Shown here piece after piece: positions 40,580 to 51,600 of a stretch of DNA of 64,000 nt. The stretch's first letter is position 1; each line of letters opens with the position of its first letter. Below the pieces are notes generated by a model. It made no database searches. It was not told the DNA's origin and worked only from the letters and a program-made list of their open reading frames with translations. Position numbers and translations under genes: made by a program. Source of the DNA: Obrimoposthia wandeli (taxonomy: Eukaryota); contig CDROCS010000253.1 in assembly GCA_977020255.1 (NCBI GenBank), positions 3,906,001-3,970,000 of the forward strand, given 5' to 3'.

Positions 40580-42238
40580 TTACTTTCCATTATTTTCTAC
40601 ATATTTTAGCGCAGCTTGCAAAGCGTCGTACCGACTTAAGTAGGTGTGGTCATTCGCAACTAAATCTAAAACATTACACTTTTCAAGTTGATGATGTGTT
40701 TGCTCGTTCGGACACAATAACAACACTTCACATTGTGCATCTTGTGCATCTTTTACCGCGTTTTCAAGCGCAAGCCCTACCGTTTCGTCGATCATTGGTA
40801 CATCTGTTAGGTCGAGTATCATGACATCATAATCTGCAACTCTTGTATGCTGACGGGATATAGCTTTTGATACACTAAATATCATGGGCCCTGATAGATA
40901 AAAAAACAGCACCTTGCCATTTGCTCTTTCGAGTAATCCTCGCTCACGATTTGTTAGCGGTACATCGTCACCGTCAGTATCACTGATCGCTTTAACTTGA
41001 CGTGCTTGCTCTCTACTTAATCGTTCAATAACGATAATGTTAGAAATAAAGACACCAAGTCCAACCGCGACAATTAAGTCAACAAAAACAGTTAGTAGCA
41101 TAACGCCATACATTATCGCCATGCCTTGAATACTGACTTTGTGGGCGCGTTGAATAAAACTCCAATCAAGAATATTAAAGCCAACATAAACGGCTATACT
41201 TGCCAACACAGCCATTGGAATAGGCTCTGTTAGCCCTGCTGCCACTAATACTACAAGAGCAAGCACTAAGGCACGAATAATTCCTGACATTGGAGAGCGA
41301 GCCCCAACTTGAATGTTCGTCACTGTACCCATGGTCGCGCCTGCACCGGGCAAAGCACCAAATAAACCAGAAATAATATTAGCTATACCTTGACCACGTA
41401 ATTCTTTGTCAGGGTCATGCTCTTTACGTGTTAATGAATCACCAATCACTGCCGTAAGTAAGGTATCAATACAGCCAAGTGTGCCAAGCACCAAAGCATC
41501 TATCACCATAGTAGTAAAAATATCGACGTTAAAATGTGGAATAACAAGGGAAGGTAAACCTGCAGGTATTTCACCAATTCGGCGAATATCATTGCTGTTA
41601 AATAAAATCATAGAGAGCAATGTTACCGTAACCAAAGCAACGAGTTGAGCCGGAACATATTTCCGGTATTGTTTAGGAAAGAAAAACAAAATAGCCAACG
41701 TCATTAATGCTAAAAATAGTTCACTAAACTTAATATTTACTAAAATGTTAGGCAGTGTTGATAAAGTTCCCATTACACCGCCAGTTGGGCTCGGCTGTCC
41801 TAACAGTGGAGACAACTGCAAGATAATCAAAATCACACCAATGCCCGACATAAAGCCAGAAATAACGCTATAGGGCATTAAAGTAATGTATTTTCCAAGT
41901 TTGAGTGTGCCCAGTAAAATTTGAAATGCACCAGCCATCATCACAATAGTAAATGAAATTGCCATGCCAGTTTCTGGATATTTAGCCATCATACTCGTCA
42001 ATACGGCGGTCATAATAACGGTCATAGGGCCCGTGGGCTCTGAAATAAGGCTAGATGAACCACCAAACACGGCGGCAAAAAAGCCGACCATGATTGCCCC
42101 CCAAAGCCCTGCTTCAGCGCCTGCGCCTGATGCAACACCAAAGGCAAGTGCTAAGGGTAAAGAGATTATTGCGGTGGTAACACCACCAAAAAGATCACCT
42201 TTGAGGTTAATATCTTTAAAACGATTGCCTAACAACAT
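40580..42238 (-). CDS. SulP/SLC26 anion transporter with STAS, BicA-like
   Basis: LAFGVASGAGAEAGLWGA, ISEPTGPMTV and LGCIDTLLT; C-terminal STAS domain. Confidence 0.88.
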   Translation of the reverse strand: MLLGNRFKDINLKGDLFGGVTTAIISLPLALAFGVASGAGAEAGLWGAIMVGFFAAVFGGSSSLISEPTGPMTVIMTAVLTSMMAKYPETGMAISFTIVMMAGAFQILLGTLKLGKYITLMPYSVISGFMSGIGVILIILQLSPLLGQPSPTGGVMGTLSTLPNILVNIKFSELFLALMTLAILFFFPKQYRKYVPAQLVALVTVTLLSMILFNSNDIRRIGEIPAGLPSLVIPHFNVDIFTTMVIDALVLGTLGCIDTLLTAVIGDSLTRKEHDPDKELRGQGIANIISGLFGALPGAGATMGTVTNIQVGARSPMSGIIRALVLALVVLVAAGLTEPIPMAVLASIAVYVGFNILDWSFIQRAHKVSIQGMAIMYGVMLLTVFVDLIVAVGLGVFISNIIVIERLSREQARQVKAISDTDGDDVPLTNRERGLLERANGKVLFFYLSGPMIFSVSKAISRQHTRVADYDVMILDLTDVPMIDETVGLALENAVKDAQDAQCEVLLLCPNEQTHHQLEKCNVLDLVANDHTYLSRYDALQAALKYVENNGK

Positions 42239-42351
42239 TCAAATCCTTTCTAAAAATATGATCACGGTAGTTCATGTTTGATAACATCAATCCGTGGGTC
42301 CATGAATATTACTAAACTAGTATGACAAACAAAGTAGATAGATAAAAATTG

Positions 42352-42385
42352 ATATTACCTATACTATAAATAGATAAACATCTAA
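42352..42385. promoter_or_regulatory. Two tandem ATAG-N8-CTAT-like LysR sites
   Basis: ATAT-N8-CTAT (42352-42367) and ATAG-N8-CTAA (42370-42385), one mismatch each, in an AT-rich background. Confidence 0.4.
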
Positions 42386-42402
42386 TTGAATTAATTCAGT
42401 AC

Positions 42403-43365
42403 ATGAAATCAAGACTTCACGCTCATGTCGGCACAATCAGACAACTCGAAATATTATTAGCAGTACACGATAAAGGCAGTATTAAAGAAGCGGCAAAAGC
42501 ACTCTTTTTGACCCAACCGACTGTATCGATACAAATGAAAAAACTATCGGAATCCATGAATGCCCCTCTATATAACTACTTAAATCGGCAAATATTATTT
42601 ACCGATATCGGTTTGGAACTGGTCAAAACGGCGGTAGAAGTGCTCGATAGCTTTGCTCGACTTGATATGGCGATAGGTAATATTAAAGGTTTTAAATCAG
42701 GTACATTAAGATTAGCCGTTGTAACAACGTCTAAATATTTTATTCCTCATTTATTAGGCCCTTTTTTAGAGCAGTATCCTGATATAGATATACAGCTAAA
42801 AATAGGTAATAGAGAACAAACTATTGAACGGCTAAAACAAGGTATTGATGATTTTTACGTGTTTAGTCACCCTCCTTCTGATATTGAAACAGAAAGTATT
42901 GAGTTTTTGAAAAACCCATTAGTGGCTATTGCACATGAAGATCACCCCATTGCAAAAAAGAAAAACTTAACCTTAAAAGATTTATGCAACGAACCTTTTT
43001 TAATGCGAGAGAAAGGTTCCGGTACACGTTATGCCATTGAAGCATTTTTAAAACAACATAACGCTAAACTGAATGTAAAAATGACTATTGAAAGCAATGA
43101 GGCAATTAAACATTTGGTTCTGTCAAAGTTAGGTATCTCAATATTATCGGCACATACCTTAATGTATGGAGGACACAGCGGGCTTGTGCGTTTACCAATA
43201 AAAGAATTGCCGATTAATTCGAATTGGTTTTTTGTTTGGTCTAAATCAAAAAGACAAACGTTGATCGCGACTAAATTTCTCAATCATATTGAAACCAAGG
43301 GCCGACTATCATTACAAGAAGAAATGATAAGGAACGATATTCTATATAGCCAAGTCAATCCGTAA
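42403..43365 (+). CDS. LysR regulator, CbbR/CmpR/NdhR-like
   Basis: LTQPTVSIQMK, GTLRLAVVTTSKYFIP, REKGSGTR and SNEAIK; divergent from SulP. Confidence 0.85.
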   Translation: MKSRLHAHVGTIRQLEILLAVHDKGSIKEAAKALFLTQPTVSIQMKKLSESMNAPLYNYLNRQILFTDIGLELVKTAVEVLDSFARLDMAIGNIKGFKSGTLRLAVVTTSKYFIPHLLGPFLEQYPDIDIQLKIGNREQTIERLKQGIDDFYVFSHPPSDIETESIEFLKNPLVAIAHEDHPIAKKKNLTLKDLCNEPFLMREKGSGTRYAIEAFLKQHNAKLNVKMTIESNEAIKHLVLSKLGISILSAHTLMYGGHSGLVRLPIKELPINSNWFFVWSKSKRQTLIATKFLNHIETKGRLSLQEEMIRNDILYSQVNP

Positions 43366-43454
43366 TAGCAACAGTCATCCAGCTCAGAAAGGGAGGGATA
43401 TAGCAAAATAGAATATAATTTTAATCTTGTGGCATTATTGATTTTGATAAAGAG

Positions 43455-43490
43455 GCTACACGGATGTAGCTTATTGGTGAGTGCGGAAGC
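43455..43490 (-). repeat. Solo REP-like module
   Basis: GCTACACGGATGTAGCTTATTGGTGAGTGCGGAAGC aligns with 38694-38729. Confidence 0.65.
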
Positions 43491-43512
43491 TACCCATCTA
43501 CTCCCCTTTCTA

Positions 43513-43968
43513 TTAACCTCGCTTAAGCATAAGCTTTAATCTAGGTATTTCTATTGCAGGGCAACGGTCTACAATCATAGTAATACCGCTTTCTAACGCT
43601 AATAATTCAGCCTTCACCTCAGTCACCCCGAGTTGAGTCCATACAGTCGTAATATTAGCCTGCTTAGCCTCAACAACTATATCGTACAGATACTTAGATT
43701 GGCGGAATACATCAAGCATATCAATAGGTGATGGTACGTCGCCTAAACAACCATAAACCTTTTTCTCCATGATTGTTGTTCCCACGAGAATTGGGTTGAT
43801 AGGGAAAACTTGATAACCTTCGTTTATCAAAAAAGACATCACCTTATAACTATCACGATCTGGTTTTGAACTGGCACCAATTAAGGCAATCGTTTTAACC
43901 TTTTTTAACGTTTCAACAATTTTATGGTCTTCAAGATCATACCTATCATGAATAAGTTCAGTACTCAC
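43513..43968 (-). CDS. CoA-binding protein (YccU-like)
   Basis: IALIGASSKPDRDSY, YQVFPINP, DMLDVFR and WTQLG. A GTG start at 43968 is inferred. Confidence 0.85.
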   Translation of the reverse strand: MSTELIHDRYDLEDHKIVETLKKVKTIALIGASSKPDRDSYKVMSFLINEGYQVFPINPILVGTTIMEKKVYGCLGDVPSPIDMLDVFRQSKYLYDIVVEAKQANITTVWTQLGVTEVKAELLALESGITMIVDRCPAIEIPRLKLMLKRG

Positions 43969-43969
43969 A

Positions 43970-44782
43970 TTAAAGTCCTTGCCATTGCGGTGCTCTTTTA
44001 TCAAAAAATGCACTGACACCTTCTTCACATTCATCAGACAACATAGCCTGCAACATAGCTTGACTTGCTGAAGTGTAAGCATCTTCAATTGACTCTTCTA
44101 TTTGCTGATAGAAGGCAAGTTTACCTGAATGAATTCCAACCGCTGATTTTTGAGCTATCTTATTCGCTAACTTTTCAGTTTCGTTTTTCAAGTCTTCTAT
44201 TTTTACTACTTTATTGACCAAGCCGAAACGCATGGCGTCTTCTGCGCTAAACATATCCCCAGTTAATGCTATTTCCATCGCATGTTTACGGTGCATATTG
44301 CGACCAATGCCTACCAGTGGAGTGGTACAGAATGTTCCTATATTTACCCCAGGTGCACAAAATTTAGCTTGGTCTTGAGTAACCGCTAAATCACACATAG
44401 ACACTAACTGACAACCTGCAGCACTTGCCGTGCCTTGTACACAAGCAATAATAGCTTTAGGAGACTTCACCAGTGACATCATTAGTTTCGTGCAATCATC
44501 TAAAACAGCTTTAACTCGTTTAGCATTATCAGGCTCACAGTTCTCTTTTCTCCCTGACATTTCTTTTAAATCATGACCCGCTGAAAAAACACCACCTTCG
44601 CCGGTTATCACAATCACCCGAATGTCGTCATTGTCATTCGCTGCATTTATATGATCATATAAAGCCGTTAACATCGCTGATGACAAAGGATTTCGTTCTC
44701 TTGGCCGATTCATAGATAACCAAAGAACATGATTATTTGCGCTGGCTAAAACATAAGGCTGATTTTCATTAGTTAGAGTCAT
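43970..44782 (-). CDS. Enoyl-CoA hydratase/isomerase family protein
   Basis: VFSAGHDLKE, ASAAGCQL and FCAPGVNIG. Confidence 0.9.
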   Translation of the reverse strand: MTLTNENQPYVLASANNHVLWLSMNRPRERNPLSSAMLTALYDHINAANDNDDIRVIVITGEGGVFSAGHDLKEMSGRKENCEPDNAKRVKAVLDDCTKLMMSLVKSPKAIIACVQGTASAAGCQLVSMCDLAVTQDQAKFCAPGVNIGTFCTTPLVGIGRNMHRKHAMEIALTGDMFSAEDAMRFGLVNKVVKIEDLKNETEKLANKIAQKSAVGIHSGKLAFYQQIEESIEDAYTSASQAMLQAMLSDECEEGVSAFFDKRAPQWQGL

Positions 44783-45067
44783 GACATTCCTATTTATGAT
44801 AATTATTCCATGTTATTACTTAGAACTATATTTGAAGCTATATTTAAAAGTAAGCGTGATAATAATGCCTTGCTAAACAACTACAAAACAAGATGAATCA
44901 TACATATTCAAGTAGAACAGTTATAGACACATTACCACACCTACATCGCTAATTGCCTTTTTGAGCAATAAGTCGAAAATGCATAGTAAGCAATAACGCA
45001 TTCTTAAGCGGTAAGTAGTATTTGGCTAAATGTGTAATAAAGAGAACTGAGCAACAGCTTACGAATT

Positions 45068-45985
45068 CTATTTAATTACAAGTAACTTTTGTTTCATAAA
45101 ATCGATAAACACGCGGTTTTTATTAGGCATATATTTACTTTGCACATACTGCAAACAAATGTCACCTTGGTAATTACCCTGTAAATGCCAATCTTCCAAT
45201 AGCGGAATGAGTTTCCCCGTTTCAATACCCTGCTGCGCGATATAATCCGGTAAAGGGCCAACACCAAAGCCCTGTTCAATTGCATCTCGACGCATTTCAC
45301 TGTGGTTAAGTAAATATGATCCTGTCACTTGTATGGTTGTTTGTTGATTTTTATTACTAAATCGCCAACGATTATCGGCCATGTTTTCGCCTAAACAAAT
45401 ACATGCTAAATATTTCAAATCATCGGGATGTGTTGGCAGAGTATGGTTTTTTAGGAAGTCAGGACTGGCACATAACACCTGTTCAACGCGACCAATTTTA
45501 ACATTTACCAAGGCTTCAATTGGATAATCATTAATATGAATCAAGAAATCGACACCGTCATGGATAGGATCCAGAATACGGTCGGTTACTTTTACGTGTA
45601 ACTGAATGTCTGGATAGCATTTTAAAAACTCAACAAAGAGTGGTCGTAATACCTTATTCGCTAGTGATTTTGGCGCTGCTACTCTCAATAACCCACTAAC
45701 CGTCGATGTTGCAGAGCGACTGGCATTAACCGCTTTATCCGCAGACTCAACCATCTGTTTACAATAATCAAACGTTATTGACCCTGACTCAGTTAACGCC
45801 AGTTGTCGCGTAGTACGCTGTAACAGCTTAATGCCTAATGCATCTTCTAATCTGCTAATTTGACGACTCACTGCTGAAGGTGTGACACCAAGTTTTTTTG
45901 CCGCTTTACTAAAGTTCCCCTGCTCAACCACAGTGACAAAAATAGCCATATCGGACAATAAAGGGATTAATTCATTTGTGTCCAT
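45068..45985 (-). CDS. LysR regulator (CrgA-like)
   Basis: FSKAAKKLGVTPSAVSRQI and LLQRTTR; divergent from LysE. Confidence 0.9.
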   Translation of the reverse strand: MDTNELIPLLSDMAIFVTVVEQGNFSKAAKKLGVTPSAVSRQISRLEDALGIKLLQRTTRQLALTESGSITFDYCKQMVESADKAVNASRSATSTVSGLLRVAAPKSLANKVLRPLFVEFLKCYPDIQLHVKVTDRILDPIHDGVDFLIHINDYPIEALVNVKIGRVEQVLCASPDFLKNHTLPTHPDDLKYLACICLGENMADNRWRFSNKNQQTTIQVTGSYLLNHSEMRRDAIEQGFGVGPLPDYIAQQGIETGKLIPLLEDWHLQGNYQGDICLQYVQSKYMPNKNRVFIDFMKQKLLVIK

Positions 45986-46098
45986 GAGGCACAAGTCCTT
46001 TTACAAATTACTGTATTGTTTAAATATACTCATAGATTAACATAGTTGAAAAGTAATTAATGAGTTGCTGTGAGCATACTTCAAATTGAGAGAATAAT

Positions 46099-46740
46099 AT
46101 GGAATTATTAATAAATACTTATATGGCAGAAATTATCGCGGTGAGCACAATTGCTATTTTTATGGCTATGTTACCTGGGGCTGATTTTGTGATGGTGACG
46201 CGTACTAGCATCTACAATGGCCGTTTGGCAGGTTTATATATGAGCTTAGGTATGTGTTTATCCGTTTGTATTCATGCTAGCTATTCAATTGCAGGATTAG
46301 CAGTAGTCATTGCAAATTCGCCAGAGTTATTTTCGGCAATCAAATATTTAGGTGCCGCTTATCTCATTTATATTGCCTGGCAGTTATTAACAGCACGTGA
46401 GCTTTTAGATAAAGATCAAAAAAATACAACAGCCCAAATGTCACCCTTTATAGCGTTACGTTTAGGTTTTACTTGCAATATATTAAACCCAAAAACATCT
46501 ATCTTCTTCTTAAGTATTTTTACTCAAGTGGTGTCGGTAGATACGCCCCTAATAATGCAAATAAGTTATGGCTTGATTATTATGTTGGCACATTTTATCT
46601 GGTACAGCGGCATTGCTTTACTGTTATCACACCCAAATATATTGCCTCGTTTCAATCGACAGAAACAAAAAATTGATAAAGTAGCAGGATTTGTATTGAT
46701 GCTAATTGCTATAAAGCTCACCTTAGTGAGCTCTGTTTAA
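46099..46740 (+). CDS. LysE/RhtB-family exporter
   Basis: PGADF, KYLGAAYL and NILNPK. Confidence 0.9.
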   Translation: MELLINTYMAEIIAVSTIAIFMAMLPGADFVMVTRTSIYNGRLAGLYMSLGMCLSVCIHASYSIAGLAVVIANSPELFSAIKYLGAAYLIYIAWQLLTARELLDKDQKNTTAQMSPFIALRLGFTCNILNPKTSIFFLSIFTQVVSVDTPLIMQISYGLIIMLAHFIWYSGIALLLSHPNILPRFNRQKQKIDKVAGFVLMLIAIKLTLVSSV

Positions 46741-46892
46741 GTAGAGTGGACGGCTTCAAATGGTGATTTTGGCAAGAAATTTTGACCGCTTAGTGCTAAA
46801 ATATATCTTTATGGTTGTAAGGTCTAATGTCTTCTTTGTATATGAACTCCTCCTTTTCATATAATTCTCATTTTATTTGAAGATCCACAGAT

Positions 46893-47384
46893 CTACCCCA
46901 TAAAGTCTTCTAAAAACCATGCAGCAAACTCATGTCGTCCTTCTACACATGCTTTACTATAGATAACAGAGGCTTGTTGTCTAACCGTCTTTTCTTTGGT
47001 ATTTCTAACACCACTTATTTCTTTAAAACTAAGTCCCTTCAGTAATAACATGGCAACTTCTTGCTCACTAGGCGTTAAGACCCATTGTTCAAACTGTGTA
47101 TGAATAACATTGCTATATTCATGACGAGCACTTTTCATCTCTTGTGAGATATCTTTCAACTTATTATCTGAAAATGCTAACTCTTGTTTTAACTGAATAG
47201 TATTTAATGTGCGAAAACGAATATCCCTAATTAAAAACAGGGCACCAAAACCTGAAACGATGACAATGAGACTTTCGGAAACAATATGCCAATTTGGCAC
47301 GCCTAACGATATATCTGTGATCACATCAAAAAAATTTAATATCATTATTATTATCAAAACCAACAGTATAACTTTATCCTTCAT
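46893..47384 (-). CDS. Membrane-anchored LuxR-type HTH regulator
   Basis: Two N-terminal hydrophobic helices, a coiled linker and LTPSEQEVAMLLLKGLSFKEI...TVRQQ HTH; no receiver domain. Confidence 0.82.
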   Translation of the reverse strand: MKDKVILLVLIIIMILNFFDVITDISLGVPNWHIVSESLIVIVSGFGALFLIRDIRFRTLNTIQLKQELAFSDNKLKDISQEMKSARHEYSNVIHTQFEQWVLTPSEQEVAMLLLKGLSFKEISGVRNTKEKTVRQQASVIYSKACVEGRHEFAAWFLEDFMG

Positions 47385-47420
47385 AAAACCTCTTTAAAAT
47401 CAGACCATTGAGAAGTCAAT

Positions 47421-47478
47421 GGACATATGTACCATACACAAGAATAAGCATAAATTCATTAGGTTACGACCTATGTCC
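47421..47478. promoter_or_regulatory. Two GGACATATGTCC-like palindromes (candidate operators)
   Basis: GGACATATGTAC (47421-47432) and CGACCTATGTCC (47467-47478) in the divergent intergenic region. Confidence 0.45.
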
Positions 47479-47544
47479 AATGACCTAGCATGTCAATTTA
47501 GTAATAATTACGCTACAAAATTTAATTACCACTGAACTTATTAT

Positions 47545-48621
47545 ATGCCGTTTTTACTGCTAAAAAAAACACCCAATGTTTTTACTTACAACTTTGTAAT
47601 ATTATGCCTGTTTTTTATTACGCTATGTCAGATACCATTAGTATTCGCGTTTGAGAAAAAAGAAACTATTGAGCTATCCGTTCTGGGTGATTTTGAGATT
47701 AGCTTTTCAACAATAGAGAAAGAGACATTCATAGTCGGTCAAAATTTAATTGGAGAAGTAACCTACAAGTCTGGGGAAAACTATTCTGTTGTACTTCCGT
47801 TTGATGTTCAAAAAGTTACTTACCATATAAAAAATGGAAGCTATGTAGAGCAAGGTGAAACCATTGCTACGGTTGAAGGATATGATGTCCATCACTTCCT
47901 CGACGAGTTTGAGTCAGCTAAAATAATATTGGAGGCTTCAGAAAATCATTTTCAAACGAATAAAGCTTATTTTGAGAATAAAACCATAAAAAGCACCCAA
48001 TGGATTGAAATTACCAAAAGTTACTTCGAAGCGAAATTAAATTTTGAACATTTCCAACATCAAATGTCTTTTTTACATATTGATAAAAATGAAAAGATTA
48101 CGCTTATTAGCCCTAAAAATGGGATCGTAAAAATAGCTAACTTTCAGAATATAAAGTCAGAAGGAGATCTTGCTTTTGATGTTATAAATACTGACTCGGT
48201 GCAAGTAAAGATCACCACGCCACTCTCCTACGCTACCAACCTCTCCCATTTTGTTATGTCATCCTCTTGTGAGCTTGAAATTAACAGCTTTGAAAGTATT
48301 GTCGATAAGTATCACCAAACAGTATGGGCTTCACCGAAGTCTGAACAATGTAAATTAACACTGGGTCAATCGGTAAAGCTTACCCCCATTCTCAACTTTG
48401 ATGGTTATAAAGTCCCTAAATCATCAATTTTTGAGCTTAATGATAAAGACTATATTGCCATAAAATCTGAAAATACAGTGTCACTAATTTCTATCCTTAT
48501 TGTTGGGGCAAACAATAAGGAATATTACGTTACCGCTAAACAAGATATCAGTAATAAGAAAGCACTTGTTAGCTCAGTAAGTATCCTTCAAGGAAAGTTA
48601 CTTGAGTTAGGAGTTGAGTAG
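47545..48621 (+). CDS. RND periplasmic adaptor (divergent MFP)
   Basis: N-terminal signal/TM, GSYVEQGETIA lipoyl motif and LISPKNG; abuts the RND gene. Confidence 0.75.
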   Translation: MPFLLLKKTPNVFTYNFVILCLFFITLCQIPLVFAFEKKETIELSVLGDFEISFSTIEKETFIVGQNLIGEVTYKSGENYSVVLPFDVQKVTYHIKNGSYVEQGETIATVEGYDVHHFLDEFESAKIILEASENHFQTNKAYFENKTIKSTQWIEITKSYFEAKLNFEHFQHQMSFLHIDKNEKITLISPKNGIVKIANFQNIKSEGDLAFDVINTDSVQVKITTPLSYATNLSHFVMSSSCELEINSFESIVDKYHQTVWASPKSEQCKLTLGQSVKLTPILNFDGYKVPKSSIFELNDKDYIAIKSENTVSLISILIVGANNKEYYVTAKQDISNKKALVSSVSILQGKLLELGVE

Positions 48622-51600
48622 ATGCTGAACTTCCTTATTAAATTTTCTCTCACCCAACGCTTATTTGTCTGCATCTTTGTTGTACTTACCTTATTTGTCG
48701 GCGCTAAGTCTTGGTTAAGTATACCCATCGATGCTTTTCCAGAGATATCACCTACACAGGTTAAAATTGTACTTAAATTACCAGGAATGAATGCCTTAGA
48801 GATTGAGTCTCAAGTAACACGAGTCATTGAAACAGAGTTACTCGGCATACCATCACAAGAAATGCTTCGTTCCACAACTAAATATGCAATCACGGACATC
48901 ACTATTGATTTTGAAGAAGGAACTGACATTTATTGGGCAAGACAACAGGTAAATGAACGTTTGGCAAACATTCTGCCTTCCCTACCTTCAAATATAAGTG
49001 GCGGTATGGCGCCAATGAGCACACCACTAAGTGAAGTGTTTATGTTTACTGTAGAAAACCCTACGCTTTCGCTAACACAAAGAAGAGAGTTATTAGATTG
49101 GCATATTCGCCCACTATTACGAACCGTTTCAGGTGTCGCAGATGTAAATAGTTTGGGTGGGCATGTTAAAGCCTATGAAATAACACCTGATATATTGCTA
49201 ATGCAACAATACAACATTTCTTTTAACGAGTTAGAAACAGCTATAACAGCCACAAACCAAAATGGAGGTGTTGGTCGTCTGGTAAAAGGTAATGATACCT
49301 TAATACTTAGAACTGAAGGTAAATTTGAAAATATTGATTCATTAAAAAATGCGGTTATAAAAACGACTAAAAACAAGGTCATTAAATTACACAATATAGC
49401 GACGATATCGATAGGTAGTTTAACCCGCTATGGTGGAGTTTCTAAGAATGGTGAAGAAGCGGTCCAAGGTTTAATCATTGCGTTAAAAAACAGTAATACC
49501 GCTAAGGTAGTTGATGATGTGAAAAGTAAGCTGAAAACTATAGAAGCATCTTTACCTACAGGAACAAAGATCAACGTTTTCTATGACAGATCTAACCTGA
49601 TCAATACGGCAATTAATACCATCACCAATGCATTAAGCCAAGCCGTTATATTGGTTATAGTATTACTGGCTATTTTTCTAGGTGATATACGCTCATCATT
49701 AGTTGTTGCACTTTCTTTACCAATGTCAGCATTAATGACCTTTATACTGATGAAAGAGTTTGATTTATCCGCTAATTTAATGAGCTTAGGCGGGCTAGTA
49801 ATCGCTATAGGCATGTTAGTAGACTCTTCTGTTGTCATTGTTGAAAACATTGTAAATAGACTCTCAAGTAATCAACATTTACCTCGGTTACATGTCATCT
49901 ATCGTGCTTGCAAAGAAGTCGCAACACCCGTATTTTCTGGCACAATTATTATAATTATAGTCTTCTCTCCTTTACTTATGCTCTCTGGTTTAGAAGGTAA
50001 ATTATTTACTCCTGTCGCCCTTACGATTGTATTTGCCATGTTAAGCGCACTACTTCTATCTTTGACTATTATTCCAATATTAGCGTCATTATTATTAAAA
50101 AACGAACCGGTTAAACAACCAAAACTAGTCACTTTTTTGCAGCGTTTTTATTCAAAAACACTGCGTAAAACCATTAACAAGCCACTCGCCATCGTCGTGT
50201 TATCAATAAGTACTTTCATTGTTAGCATTGTACTTTTTCAAGGGTTAGGTAAAAGCTTTATGCCTGTACTTGATGAGGGCGACATCATCGTTCAACTCGA
50301 AAAATCGCCTAGTATCTCTTTGGCTTCATCTGTTGATATAGATGAACAAATTGAGAAAGCGCTTTTAAAAAACACACCTGAAATAATTCAGATTGTAGCG
50401 CGTACAGGATCCGATGAGCTTGGCCTAGACCCAATGGGATTAAACGAGACCGATGTATTTATGGAGTTAGCACCAAAGTCGACATGGCGCTTTGACACTA
50501 AAACCGAGCTTATCGAGGATATTCGCAACACACTTGCCAACTATCCTGGCATGAACATAGGTTTCACTCAGCCAATTCAAATGCGCGTATCAGAAATGCT
50601 AACCGGTGGAACTGGCGATATTTCTATCAAAGTTTTTGGCAATGACATTGCCACATTAACCTCACTTGCTGAAGAAATTTCGGCTTTAGCAAATAAAATA
50701 CCAGGCGCTTCCGATGTACAGATGGCCTTAATTGAAGGGGGAAAATACGTAAATATTAAACTGATTCCTGAAGTAGCAAGTCAGTTCGGTTTATCCACCC
50801 AAGCGTTAAGTCATTACTTGAAATATCAATTAGAAGGATTGCAAATTTCATCCTTACTTGATGGAAATCATGCTGTTCCTATCGTATTCAATCGCGCAAA
50901 AAATATAACGTCTACTGCTGATGAAATATCGTCCATTCATGCACTAAAACAAAAGCTAATTTTAATGCCTAATAACGTTTTACTTCCCCTTGAACAAGTT
51001 GCCAATATCAGTATGAAAAATGGTCCACTATTAATTGAAAGGGAAAAAGGCAACCGATTTGCCTCGGTGAGTGCAAATGTTGTTAACAGAGACGTTGTTA
51101 GCTTTGTTGATGAATTAAACATAAAAATAAAAAATGAAATAGCGCTACCTAGCGGCTATACCTTAACCTTTGGAGGTGAGTTTGAAAGTCAGCAACGCGC
51201 GACTAAAAACCTGCTATTTCTAATACCCATAGCGCTTATTTTGATCTTTATAATATTGTTCACCACTTTTAATTCTCTTGCTAAATCGAGCCTGATTATT
51301 GCCAATATTCCGTTTGCCTTAATGGGCGGCGTTATTGCGCTCTATGTGAGTAACGAATACTTATCCGTACCTGCTTCCGTTGGTTTTATCGCATTACTCG
51401 GCATCGCGGTACTCAACGGGATAGTAATGATCAGTTATTTTGAACAAACCAAACAAGCTGCCGAAAGTTTGCATAACCGGATCATTGACGGTGCAAAGCG
51501 CCGACTTAGACCTGTTTTAATGACCGCAACCACAGCAATGTTTGGCTTGTTACCCTTAGTTTTTGCAACAGGTCCTGGCGCTGAAATTCAAAAACCATTA

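Noticed and set aside
40513-42281. Plus-strand ORFs 40513, 41406 and 41964
   Set aside because: Antisense to the SulP gene, with no independent support.
42278-42290. TTGAT-aac-ATCAA as an FNR box
   Set aside because: The spacer is 3 bp rather than 4; it fits a LysR T-N11-A dyad better.
43969-44088. Cys-rich N-terminal extension of the CoA-binding protein
   Set aside because: It overlaps the enoyl-CoA hydratase 3' end in another frame, so it is an artefact of longest-ORF calling.
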